Assembly: GCA_043821365.1 (NCBI GenBank)
Contig: JBDRCX010000006.1
Coordinates: forward strand, 96,001-160,000
Direction: 5' to 3'
Length of the DNA: 64,000 nt
Source of the DNA: Candidatus Micrarchaeota archaeon
Lineage (GTDB): Archaea > Micrarchaeota > Micrarchaeia > Anstonellales > Bilamarchaeaceae
Made by a program: the position numbers and the translations under genes. The notes below the pieces were generated by a model. It did not search any database. It saw only the letters and a program-made list of their open reading frames with translations, and was not told the DNA's origin. This document shows positions 48,284 through 57,697 of the stretch, piece by piece (within the stretch, counting starts at the first letter, position 1; each line of letters begins with the position of its first letter).

Positions 48284-49138
48284 TTATTCCTCAATGAATG
48301 TGGTTATTCTATCTGCAACAATATCACTTTTAGGCATCTGACTTAGAATACTGTTGTGGTTTCTATTTTCAACTATGAGAGTCTCCACAGGAACATTCTT
48401 TGAATTAAGAGCAGTTTCAAACGATGTGAGCTGAGATAAAGGGACAAGCTCATCGTCCATACCATGTACAAGTAGATAGTTGGTTGTTTCATTATCTTTG
48501 ATTTGCCAGACTGGGGATGCATCTTTCTTTGATGTTTGGCCTAGGAATAGGTTCAAAGCAAAACTAACTGACTTCTGATTTTCAAGAACAACAAAATCAT
48601 ATGGTCCTGCAATACCCACAATTTTATCAACATTTCTAGTTCCAAATTCTGATTCTTTTAGACCATAAAGTGTGGAGATGTGTGCACCTGCAGAATGCCC
48701 GATTAGAATTATTTGGTAATTATCTTGGAGTTTAAACTTTGTTTTGTTTGTTTCGATATAATTGATCACCATTGCAAGATCTTCCAATGGTGCAGGATAC
48801 TTTTCCACCAATGCCAGTCGATAATTCATATTCACAACACTATATCCTTCATCAGCAAAATATTGTGCGATTTCAGACATATAATTTTTATCACCGGCAA
48901 TCCATGCACCACCATGAACCAGTATTACTAGTGTGTTTGATGCATTAGTTGGAGCATAGAAATCGAACACTTGTTGCCGATGGCTCCCATAATGGATGTT
49001 TTTTCCATCACCAACTTCATTAGTTGATTCTGACATAGAATTATGGGAAATAAATATCACACCAAGAAGAGCAACTGCAGAAATTGCTAGAATTAAAGTA
49101 ACTAGAAAAACCACAGCAACTTTTCTTATTAGCATCAA
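48284..49138 (-). CDS. Membrane-anchored alpha/beta-hydrolase (esterase/lipase)
   Basis: HGGAW oxyanion motif, GHSAG nucleophile elbow, HGMDDELVP, NH; N-terminal TM. Confidence 0.92.
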   Translation of the reverse strand: MMLIRKVAVVFLVTLILAISAVALLGVIFISHNSMSESTNEVGDGKNIHYGSHRQQVFDFYAPTNASNTLVILVHGGAWIAGDKNYMSEIAQYFADEGYSVVNMNYRLALVEKYPAPLEDLAMVINYIETNKTKFKLQDNYQIILIGHSAGAHISTLYGLKESEFGTRNVDKIVGIAGPYDFVVLENQKSVSFALNLFLGQTSKKDASPVWQIKDNETTNYLLVHGMDDELVPLSQLTSFETALNSKNVPVETLIVENRNHNSILSQMPKSDIVADRITTFIEE

Positions 49139-49169
49139 TTAGGCTTTAGTGTTGAAGTTTAAATGTTTT

Positions 49170-49952
49170 TCAGAAAAGTGCATCTTTTATTTCTTCCGGT
49201 GATGTTGGGAAAAAGTAGTCCCATTCAAAACATTTTAACATCTCAAGATCAGAAAGATCTCTAACATCGCAGCCTAATGAACTTGAAAGAATTGTTTTTA
49301 ATTCTTTAGCCTGTCTTGTTGCTCTGCTAACAGCTTCTTCCCTTGTAAGACCAAACGCAGTTGTTGATGCGAATGCAATAATTTCAACTGGTCTTTCACC
49401 TTGAGTAATACGATCTAGAAGACGATTCCAATAGGCAAGTTCACGATCCATACGCATCGATTCATCAGCAGCAAGTTTCACTTCCTTGGCCTTCTTTGAT
49501 TCAACTGCCCCTCTTTTTGTTTTTATTTCATCAATATGTTTTGAAAGATCCAGAGTACTGATCATCAATGAAATTTTCACAATATACTTAAGAGAACTTA
49601 TTGCCTTCTCAAAAGACTCAAACATGTTCTTTTTTTCTTCATTGTCTTTATCCATTGAACTTTCATAAAATCTCACTTCAAGAAATTTAGAAACATAATA
49701 ACCTGCTTCATTTTTCTTCACAATATACTCTCTTGAAGGTGGGACTTCATAACCACCATGAACCTCGATTATTCTAGCTGCTTTAGTAAAAAATGGAATT
49801 ATCAAATACCCGTATTTCCACAACAGTAGACTTAGACAAAAGAATGCTGCTGAGACTACTGGAAGAATAGGATTACCATAAAGAAGAGATAGAATAGTCG
49901 CAACAATGCCGCCAATAAGAACAACTGCTGTGACTGCACGGTTCAGAAACAT
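49170..49952 (-). CDS. Membrane-anchored protein resembling a stand-alone VirB4 N-terminal domain
   Basis: Two N-terminal TMs, a mixed alpha/beta core, a coiled coil, and ending EAVSRATRQAKEL..IL...LGCDVRDL...EML..F. Located in the ATPase cluster. Confidence 0.6.
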   Translation of the reverse strand: MFLNRAVTAVVLIGGIVATILSLLYGNPILPVVSAAFFCLSLLLWKYGYLIIPFFTKAARIIEVHGGYEVPPSREYIVKKNEAGYYVSKFLEVRFYESSMDKDNEEKKNMFESFEKAISSLKYIVKISLMISTLDLSKHIDEIKTKRGAVESKKAKEVKLAADESMRMDRELAYWNRLLDRITQGERPVEIIAFASTTAFGLTREEAVSRATRQAKELKTILSSSLGCDVRDLSDLEMLKCFEWDYFFPTSPEEIKDALF

Positions 49953-50021
49953 GTTAGGAGATACACTTGTATTATTTAAAAAGTATGGCTCTGTTCACAC
50001 AGAATTGGTTCATACAAGACA

Positions 50022-51128
50022 CTAGATAGAAGCAAATGACTTTATTCCGATCTCACTTCCAAGAATACTTGCAAGTTCTTTCACAAACACTATCGTAACT
50101 ATAAGGGAGAAGATCGGTGCAAGGACATTATAAAGTGTGGATTGGGCAATTGCATGATCATTAGCCTGTGCGATAATTGTTAGATCACCGCTTAGATCTA
50201 CAGAAAGATTTTGGGTGTGGTTTTGTTGTGAGTATAGGAAAAGATCGCATGATGTACCATTTTCTTCTAATGTAAAGTTAACAAGAGTTTCATTGACTAA
50301 TATGGTTGTGTAATTTCGCATAGTGCCATTAATATAAAATAAACTATTATCAAAACTGCACCTTCCGCTCATTAAATCTAATTTTGCTGCAAGTGCATAG
50401 TTATCATTAAGATCAATAACAGGAACTGTTGCGTAGTAGGTATTATTTGTAAAATTTTCCATAATTGCAGTAGAAGTGTTTATTGTTTCAGTTGGATTTG
50501 GGAAAATGAGTATGAATGTTGGATAGAATATATACAAACCAATTGCAAGTGCAATCAAAAATCCACCAAGTTTCCTTGTTGCAAAAAGAGTTCTTAGTAC
50601 AAGACCCAGAGGGAATATAAGTCCAAGTGCATTCTGACCGATAAATGTTGCCACCTGAGTGTTCAGTTGACTAAGCATCATGATGATATTAAGTGCAAGA
50701 AGTTGTCCTGAAAAAAGATCGGAAACCGAAGCAAGATTAACAAATGGAGATATTGCAAATGCACCAAAATCAAGTGAAATGCTTTGATAATAACCAATAA
50801 TATTAAGTGTTTGGACAAGTTGTTGGAATAAAAAGAAGAGTGATGTGTTTACTGAATCAAGCGTACATATGAGCTGAGTTACCACGTTCCCAGCAGAACA
50901 TGATTCAACTACTGCAGTTGAACTTATTGTTCCCACCAATTCAACAACAACAGCAAAAGAACCTATGATTGCAGCATTTACGACGGATTGGATAAGTTCT
51001 TCTAATCCAAATTGCTCTATTCTTTTACTTTCAATAGCACGTCCGATGCCAACAAGTATACCAGCTAAAACAATAGAAGCAGTAACTACAATAACTGCTA
51101 TTTCAATTCCAACAAATTCCTCAGCCAT
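50022..51128 (-). CDS. Polytopic membrane protein, candidate VirB6/CedA-like
   Basis: Multiple TMs including PLGLVLRTLFATRKLGGFLIALAIGLYIFYP and an Asn/Thr-rich outer loop. Confidence 0.6.
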   Translation of the reverse strand: MAEEFVGIEIAVIVVTASIVLAGILVGIGRAIESKRIEQFGLEELIQSVVNAAIIGSFAVVVELVGTISSTAVVESCSAGNVVTQLICTLDSVNTSLFFLFQQLVQTLNIIGYYQSISLDFGAFAISPFVNLASVSDLFSGQLLALNIIMMLSQLNTQVATFIGQNALGLIFPLGLVLRTLFATRKLGGFLIALAIGLYIFYPTFILIFPNPTETINTSTAIMENFTNNTYYATVPVIDLNDNYALAAKLDLMSGRCSFDNSLFYINGTMRNYTTILVNETLVNFTLEENGTSCDLFLYSQQNHTQNLSVDLSGDLTIIAQANDHAIAQSTLYNVLAPIFSLIVTIVFVKELASILGSEIGIKSFASI

Positions 51129-51164
51129 TGCTTTGAATAAATTGTTCTAATATTAAATAGATTT

Positions 51165-51653
51165 CTATTTTGGTTTTGGTATACTTATTTTTAGATAACG
51201 TAAAAGAAAAGCGATACCAAAATAGGAAATCAAACTAAAGATAGCGAGAATAACTGATGTGAATGGCACAACAAAAAGATTGATGAGAAAACGGATAACA
51301 AATACAGTAAATGTACACGTTGTTCCTTGGAATAAGGATGGAAGGATGACAATGAGATTTGACATTATGGCAGGAAGTAAATTAGAAAGATAAAGGTCCT
51401 TAAGAAAAGAATATGGCATCTCTTTCAAAAATAACAAATCATGATTTTTGTATGAGAATGATATGGTAGACTTAAGATAAAAGAGATACGCAATAAGAAA
51501 CCAGATATCAACATGAGTGAAGTAGGATTGAATACCGCACCCAGCCATAAACATACCGGAGGAACTAATTAGGACCCCCAAACCAACATAAGAGACTAAG
51601 CAAACTACCAAGATAACAATCAAAGCGATCGGAAGTTTCCAAATACTTAGCAT
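51165..51653 (-). CDS. Small polytopic membrane protein
   Basis: Four hydrophobic segments; co-oriented upstream of the cluster. Confidence 0.55.
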   Translation of the reverse strand: MLSIWKLPIALIVILVVCLVSYVGLGVLISSSGMFMAGCGIQSYFTHVDIWFLIAYLFYLKSTISFSYKNHDLLFLKEMPYSFLKDLYLSNLLPAIMSNLIVILPSLFQGTTCTFTVFVIRFLINLFVVPFTSVILAIFSLISYFGIAFLLRYLKISIPKPK

Positions 51654-51683
51654 GAAATTTTTTAGTAGTGGATGTTTAAGATA

Positions 51684-52325
51684 CTAGAGTTTCAATAGTT
51701 TTTTTCCCAAGTAAATAAATTTAGTCGTCCCTCTTGCATAAATAGGCCCTTTTTTAGTTACAAATTTTGCTTTCGAGAGAGTTTTGAGAAGGGATTTTGG
51801 ATTATCAATATCAAAATCCGGAAGCATATTATAAGTATTTCCAAATTCAAAAAGAAAATGACTATCACTTCCAACTGCTTTTGTGATTTTATTCTTAGTA
51901 GCAAATAGATCTGCTTTTTCATTAAATTTTAGATCCAAGCAACGAGCATTAAAAACTTCTATAATGTCCACTTTTTTTGCTTCTTTAGTGCTTACATGTG
52001 CACCAGATCTACCATAATCATACATATGTGGAAGGTAGGCAAGACCACCTTGTTCATGTACCTTATCAATTGCTTCAAGAAACGAGGTTTTTTTTGGAAT
52101 TAACTCATTTACATAAAGACCAACGAGATCTCCCCTATCAGTGGAGATTTCCTCACCTGGAATAAACTTGGCTCCGATGGAAACTAGGTCATTGTGGGCC
52201 TTTATTGAATTATGATCAGTAATTGCTGGTATGATTCCTAGCTTCTTTGCTTTTGCTGCAAGATCCTTTGGTTGGGTTAAAGAATCAGGAGAATATTTTG
52301 TATGTGTATGGAAATCAATTTTCAT
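51684..52325 (-). CDS. PHP-domain phosphoesterase
   Basis: DFHTHT, ITDH, GEE, PHMYD, EVFN, GSDSH. Confidence 0.92.
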   Translation of the reverse strand: MKIDFHTHTKYSPDSLTQPKDLAAKAKKLGIIPAITDHNSIKAHNDLVSIGAKFIPGEEISTDRGDLVGLYVNELIPKKTSFLEAIDKVHEQGGLAYLPHMYDYGRSGAHVSTKEAKKVDIIEVFNARCLDLKFNEKADLFATKNKITKAVGSDSHFLFEFGNTYNMLPDFDIDNPKSLLKTLSKAKFVTKKGPIYARGTTKFIYLGKKLLKL

Positions 52326-52326
52326 A

Positions 52327-52626
52327 TTAATCAACAATTGCGTGGTTTTTTTCAAGAAGATCGATTAACTTCTTAGCTAATTTTTCGCCAACCTTACTAC
52401 TTATTTTTTTATTTCCTTTTATCATAATTCTTCCACTTGCATAAAGACTAACAGAGTAGTTTTGAAATTTTGAAAGTATAACAACAGAACTGGTGCCAAC
52501 AGATGGTAATGCATTCTCAGCTTTTTTCAAATCAATTTTCTTTCCATTAAGCTTTACTTCGATCCCGTTGGATGAACTGCATGGCTCGACTACGAAAAAA
52601 TCCATCATCCGAGCTTCGCCCTCCAA
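52327..52626 (-). CDS. Small hypothetical protein (possible TBP-like fold)
   Basis: PC....IEVK...IDL..AE...VSLYASGRIMIKG; overlaps the ThiF-like gene. Confidence 0.65.
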   Translation of the reverse strand: MEGEARMMDFFVVEPCSSSNGIEVKLNGKKIDLKKAENALPSVGTSSVVILSKFQNYSVSLYASGRIMIKGNKKISSKVGEKLAKKLIDLLEKNHAIVD

Positions 52627-53282
52627 AAGATGTCTTTTTTATCGAGATCAAAAAACAGTGCGTCTGGTGCACAGACATATGGTTTTTTTAGTAAGAAATT
52701 AACTGCCTGTGATGCTGCAAGTGAACCAGCAAGAGATGCTGCAGGGCAGATTATTGATGAGCAAGTCTGGTAGTGCTTTAATTCAAGGTTTTTTGGCAAT
52801 TGAAATGCATCTTCAAACTTATAATTAGTAAATGTTGTCACCATACCCCTTGTGCCTAATACCGAACAGAAAATGAATGGTATTTTTTTCTTACGGGCCA
52901 TTTGAGCAATGATAAGTTTTGATTTAATATTGTCAGTACCATCAAGAAGTATTGATGAACTGACCTTAGTGTGTTCGTCAAAATGACTGAATACTGATAT
53001 TTTGATATTTTTGTTTATTATTTTCGCTCTTGCCAAAGCAGCATGCACTTTTGGCATATCAAGAAAATCATCAGTTGCTAGAGTCTGTCGGTTAAAATTT
53101 GAAAGTTCAAACCGATCATGATCAAAAACAGTTAAATTCTCTGCTCCCAATCTCAGTAAATTTTCTAAAATAAATCCGCCAGTGCCACCAAGTCCAATTA
53201 CTGTGAATTTTGTTTTTCGGATTAGTTCCTGTTGTAGCTTAGAGAATGGATTTTTCAAGAATTTTTGTTCGTAGAAGTTCAT
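52605..53282 (-). CDS. ThiF/MoeB/E1-like adenylyltransferase
   Basis: VIGLGGTG, DHDRFELSNFNRQ, K..A, LDGTDN. Confidence 0.9.
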   Translation of the reverse strand: MNFYEQKFLKNPFSKLQQELIRKTKFTVIGLGGTGGFILENLLRLGAENLTVFDHDRFELSNFNRQTLATDDFLDMPKVHAALARAKIINKNIKISVFSHFDEHTKVSSSILLDGTDNIKSKLIIAQMARKKKIPFIFCSVLGTRGMVTTFTNYKFEDAFQLPKNLELKHYQTCSSIICPAASLAGSLAASQAVNFLLKKPYVCAPDALFFDLDKKDIFWRAKLG

Positions 53283-53692
53283 TGTTTCAGATGCTCTTTC
53301 GATATACGTCTGAGTTTGTCTTTTATCAAACGCACTTCTTCTTTCCTAACATTGCCACCATGAAGCTCAGTTAGATGTTTCAAAACGGCAAATCTTTTTT
53401 GCACATGTGGATCGATTGTGTGTTCCCTGAGTATCCCGAAATGGGTCACATGGTAGAAGAATATTGAAACACCTGAAAACAGAACAAGAATTGTAAATAC
53501 TTTTCCAATGTCAGTCTGCGGAGCCAGATCACCATAACCCACAGTTGTTATCGTGGTTGAGATAAAATAAATTGAATCAACAAAACTGAATTCTTCTACT
53601 TTCATATAAAATGGAACTGCAATTGCATAAATTATCAGAATCATCAATGCTGCATTAAAAAGATGTTTCTTTACCTGGTCTAAAGATGCCAT
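53279..53692 (-). CDS. Two-TM potassium channel (KcsA-like)
   Basis: Filter TTITTVGYGD, with SFVDSIYF pore helix. ATG 53692 preferred. Confidence 0.93.
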   Translation of the reverse strand: MASLDQVKKHLFNAALMILIIYAIAVPFYMKVEEFSFVDSIYFISTTITTVGYGDLAPQTDIGKVFTILVLFSGVSIFFYHVTHFGILREHTIDPHVQKRFAVLKHLTELHGGNVRKEEVRLIKDKLRRISKEHLKQ

Positions 53693-53707
53693 GGAAAGGA
53701 TAGGCAA

Positions 53708-55507
53708 TTAACTATTATAACGGTTCTTTTTTTGTTTTGGTTTTTTACTAGACGCAACAATCACCAAGTCTTTTGGACGGGTTTTGGCTGTTTGATAATG
53801 TATTGACAATGGTTTTCGTCCACTTAGGAAAAACCAGGTTGAAGATGCTCTTATGGCACTCCAAAAGAAGAATAAAGAAATCAGCCCAAAAACCAGTGAA
53901 AACCAATTGAACACTTGTGGCATGGAAAGAGATTCCACAAATAAGGAATAATTTACGAATACTATAAAAGATATGGCAGATATTAGTAAATTACGAACTA
54001 TAGTATTTTGTTTTGCACCAGATGTGCTTTGTGAAAACACTATTGATAAAACATCAAGTAGATGTTTTGAAGAACGCAGAACACGATAGATGGGTATCAC
54101 TGAAAGCATTGTAAGAATGGTCAGGAAAAGAGTGTGTGCAGTGGTTTCTATTTCCCACACAGAAACAGTAAATTGCAAAGAAGAAACAGAGAACCATAAA
54201 ATCAATATTATTCCTGCGATATATGTAATGTCCCATTTTACTGATTGCACTTCTTTTACAAAATGGGTGCGGAAATAACCATGTGGTTCAAACGCAGTTA
54301 GGACGTTTCTCGAATAACCAGATGCATTTTTCAGAGTATCTAGTACTTTATGAGGAATTGTTTTCTTTAGGAAAAGATAGACATTATTATAACTTCTTAA
54401 TACTGATGACGAAAGAACTGAACTTATCAGAACCCCTATTGAGACTATACTGATTAAGTTTAGCGGCACTAACCCAACACCTTCCCTAGCTATCAATAAT
54501 GAGAATTCACCTAGTGGAATCATTGCTAAGCCTGCGAAAACAGAAGACCTGCCATCTGAACTTATTAAATAAAACGCAACGGTTGTTGCTAGAAAAACAG
54601 TTATGATAAAACTGAAAACAAGGATGAGTGTGATGTCCAATGAAACAAGTAGAGCAACTGGGTCAATAAACATACCAATTGATAGGAAGAAAAATGATGA
54701 GAAAACCACGCTGAATGGTCGGATCCCTTTTTCAAAATCTTTGCCATTTGGAAGCCCTGCAATTATACTTCCTGCTAAAAAAGCTCCAATTGCAGGCGTA
54801 AGACCAAGCATTGATGCGAATGCACTTAATCCAATTCCAAGAGTGAGTGAAAATAATATCAATGTATCCTCGGTCTGATAACGAAAGAAGATGACAGAAA
54901 GTTTTCTAATTACACGAAGCAGTAACACATATGCGAATACTAGAATACCAATTGAAATCAATAACGCACTTATGATACCTTCTGCATCATAGTTTCCAAT
55001 TTTTAGATTTGAAAAGAAAGTAAGCAGAAAAACTGCAACAATATCCTCGATTACAAGTATTGTTATCAAAAACGGGATCTCTTTTCTTTCTACAAATTTT
55101 TTCTGTTCAAGAATCTTCATCATTATTGCTGTGCTGCTCATTGAAAAAACAGAAGCAAGAAAAATAGAGCTTAATGAATCGAACCCCATTAGAATTGCAA
55201 TTTCATGCATTATTGCAAAAGTAACTAAAATAAGCAGAAAACCACATAAAACTGCCCTTAAACCTACTGAGAACAGCTTTGCAATACTAAACTCTATACC
55301 AACCATAAAAAGAAGAAGTATTGCACCTATTTCTGCGATTATTTCAATTGAATTTGATTCCAGAAGGTTTAGGAAATTAGGTCCTATTAACATTCCTGCA
55401 AAAAGCAGACCAACAACTGGCGGGACCTTAAAACGCACTGATAATACTCCAGCAACTGCTGCAAGGAGTAATACCCAGCCAAAATCAAACATATCAATGC
55501 CGTTCAT
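53708..55507 (-). CDS. Cation:proton antiporter (CPA2/KefB-like)
   Basis: GMLIGP, LLFMVGIE, SSTA, LVIED, GAFLAG, FFLSIG, PLGEFS. Confidence 0.9.
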   Translation of the reverse strand: MNGIDMFDFGWVLLLAAVAGVLSVRFKVPPVVGLLFAGMLIGPNFLNLLESNSIEIIAEIGAILLLFMVGIEFSIAKLFSVGLRAVLCGFLLILVTFAIMHEIAILMGFDSLSSIFLASVFSMSSTAIMMKILEQKKFVERKEIPFLITILVIEDIVAVFLLTFFSNLKIGNYDAEGIISALLISIGILVFAYVLLLRVIRKLSVIFFRYQTEDTLILFSLTLGIGLSAFASMLGLTPAIGAFLAGSIIAGLPNGKDFEKGIRPFSVVFSSFFFLSIGMFIDPVALLVSLDITLILVFSFIITVFLATTVAFYLISSDGRSSVFAGLAMIPLGEFSLLIAREGVGLVPLNLISIVSIGVLISSVLSSSVLRSYNNVYLFLKKTIPHKVLDTLKNASGYSRNVLTAFEPHGYFRTHFVKEVQSVKWDITYIAGIILILWFSVSSLQFTVSVWEIETTAHTLFLTILTMLSVIPIYRVLRSSKHLLDVLSIVFSQSTSGAKQNTIVRNLLISAISFIVFVNYSLFVESLSMPQVFNWFSLVFGLISLFFFWSAIRASSTWFFLSGRKPLSIHYQTAKTRPKDLVIVASSKKPKQKKNRYNS

Positions 55508-55557
55508 ATGGGAGCTAAATGTTAAACTGCGGGAATCTATTAAAACCTTCTAGGTGA

Positions 55558-56826
55558 TTGCATACTATGGAATTTTTCGTCGACTGCTTAGGGGCATCTA
55601 GGGAAGTCGGACGAAGTGCATTCATGCTTCGTACAGATAAGAACGTAATGATTGATTATGGAATAAAAATTTTTGATCAAAGTGGACTTCCAAAATTTCC
55701 TTTAGATACTTCTTTTGACCCTGATCTTGCAATAATATCCCATGCCCATCTGGACCATAGTGGATGTCTTCCATCACTTTATCGTGAAAACAAAATAACA
55801 TGGTACTCCACACCACCAACAAAAGATATTTGTGAGATTCTGTGGCTTGATTCGATGAAGATAATGGGGGATGGACTCCCATATAGACTTGGACATTTAA
55901 ACAAAGCATTCAAACACTGGAACCCCCTACTATACAAGAAACCAATACAAACAGGAGAAACAAGAATCGAATTATTTGATGCTGGACATATAAATGGAGC
56001 TGCGATGGTTGATGTTGAATACAAAGGAAAGAGTTTCTTTTATACTGGCGATTTCAAATGTGAAGAAACAATGTTGCACAAAGGAGCAAAATTCATAGAT
56101 GGTGTTGATATTTTAATGACAGAAAGCACCTATGCAAAGAAAGAACACCCTCCGAGAAAAGAAGTTGAACAAAGATTAATTGAGGAGATTTATGACACAC
56201 TTGAAAGCGGGGGAAACATACTTTTACCATCATTTGCACTTGGTAGAACACAGGAATTGATCGCATTGATTAGAAAATATGATGAACATGTCCCTGTTTA
56301 TGTTGATGGTATGGGCAAGGCAATTACGCAGATTTATCTTCAATATCCGAATTACATAAAAGATCCAGAAAAATTTAAAAAAGCAGTAAGAAGCGTAAAT
56401 ATGGTTGCTGGAATTCCTGATAAAAAAGCAGCAACCAGAGAACCATCAGTAATAATTACAAGTTCAGGTATGATGAACGGTGGACCTGTTTTGAATTATT
56501 TGTTTAATTTGAATAGTAATTCAAAAATCATCCTAACTGGCTATTGTGTCGAAGGAACCAATGGAGATACGTTATTGAGAGAGGGATATATAACACAGGA
56601 TGGGGAGCAGTTGCATGTTGATTTGCCTGTTGAATATATGGATTTGTCTGCACATGCTGGAAGAACAGAAATTCTAAACTTCATAAAAAAAGCAAGTCCA
56701 GAGAAAGTTTTGCTTGTTCATGGTGATGCACCTGAAGAATTTGCAAAAGAATTGAAAGAAGATCATGGATTTGATGCCCTTGCACCTTTACCTGGTGAGA
56801 GAGTAATGTTTGGTGAAGAAAAATAA
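55558..56826 (+). CDS. MBL-fold beta-CASP ribonuclease (aCPSF-like)
   Basis: EVGRS, ISHAHLDHSG, AGHING, YTGD, ESTY, GRTQE, SAHA. Confidence 0.92.
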   Translation: MHTMEFFVDCLGASREVGRSAFMLRTDKNVMIDYGIKIFDQSGLPKFPLDTSFDPDLAIISHAHLDHSGCLPSLYRENKITWYSTPPTKDICEILWLDSMKIMGDGLPYRLGHLNKAFKHWNPLLYKKPIQTGETRIELFDAGHINGAAMVDVEYKGKSFFYTGDFKCEETMLHKGAKFIDGVDILMTESTYAKKEHPPRKEVEQRLIEEIYDTLESGGNILLPSFALGRTQELIALIRKYDEHVPVYVDGMGKAITQIYLQYPNYIKDPEKFKKAVRSVNMVAGIPDKKAATREPSVIITSSGMMNGGPVLNYLFNLNSNSKIILTGYCVEGTNGDTLLREGYITQDGEQLHVDLPVEYMDLSAHAGRTEILNFIKKASPEKVLLVHGDAPEEFAKELKEDHGFDALAPLPGERVMFGEEK

Positions 56827-56830
56827 AAGA

Positions 56831-57631
56831 TTATTCTGAATTGCAATAGGAAATTTCTATTTCAGCCCATTTTGCACCAAAACTATAACCAGGAGCAATA
56901 GTTTTCACAGTTATTAGATAGGTTTGGCCATCTATAGATATCATAGCAGACGCACCTTCTTTAATTTTAAGTTTAGCTAGTGTGTTTTCTCCTTGAGTGA
57001 TTGATAAAAAGGCATAATTACCATCATTCTGAACCCCAAGATCATCTAACAGAAAAGCCAGTGAACCAAGAAGTAGTGATTCCCCTTGATTTATTATACC
57101 CATTGCAGCAAGACCACTAGTTGAACATACATCTGAAATAGATGGACAATTTGATTCCACCTGTAAAACTGCACCATGAACGCCATCATCTGGAATGTAA
57201 ATACCAATTAATGAAACCTTGAGATTGCCAAAAACAGAATTAAGTTCTTGAGATTCACCACGATAAACTCTTAGTTGTGCAGTTTCGTTGCAATCAGGAT
57301 CTTGTATGGATATTAAAACAAAATGATTGCCATTACGATCTTCACCAACTTCAAGAACTTTGAAATGCGTTTCATCAACATCAAGTGTTTCACCAACTCT
57401 AACATATGAATGAATTGGTTTATCGCCACATAGCAATCGTGGACCAGATTGGCAAGAAACCACATCTGAAGGTCCAGTTGAATCATGACCATAATGATTG
57501 TAAGTGTCTCCACAAGCACCAAGTGCACCTGCTAAAACAGTTGTAGTTAGAATAACTTTTCCCTTAAAGGCATTTCTTCCTGCATCAGTACCGATATTTC
57601 TTGGTCTAACATTCTCTCTTGATAATCTCAT
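56831..57631 (-). CDS. Putative lipoprotein with two similar beta-rich domains
   Basis: Basic N-terminus, hydrophobic stretch ending LGAC, and an internal repeat. Confidence 0.7.
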   Translation of the reverse strand: MRLSRENVRPRNIGTDAGRNAFKGKVILTTTVLAGALGACGDTYNHYGHDSTGPSDVVSCQSGPRLLCGDKPIHSYVRVGETLDVDETHFKVLEVGEDRNGNHFVLISIQDPDCNETAQLRVYRGESQELNSVFGNLKVSLIGIYIPDDGVHGAVLQVESNCPSISDVCSTSGLAAMGIINQGESLLLGSLAFLLDDLGVQNDGNYAFLSITQGENTLAKLKIKEGASAMISIDGQTYLITVKTIAPGYSFGAKWAEIEISYCNSE

Positions 57632-57697
57632 TTTTACACCTGCATATTGATTGATTAAGTTACAAAAAGAGATAATAAGGGAGTAGGTTTAAAAGTG

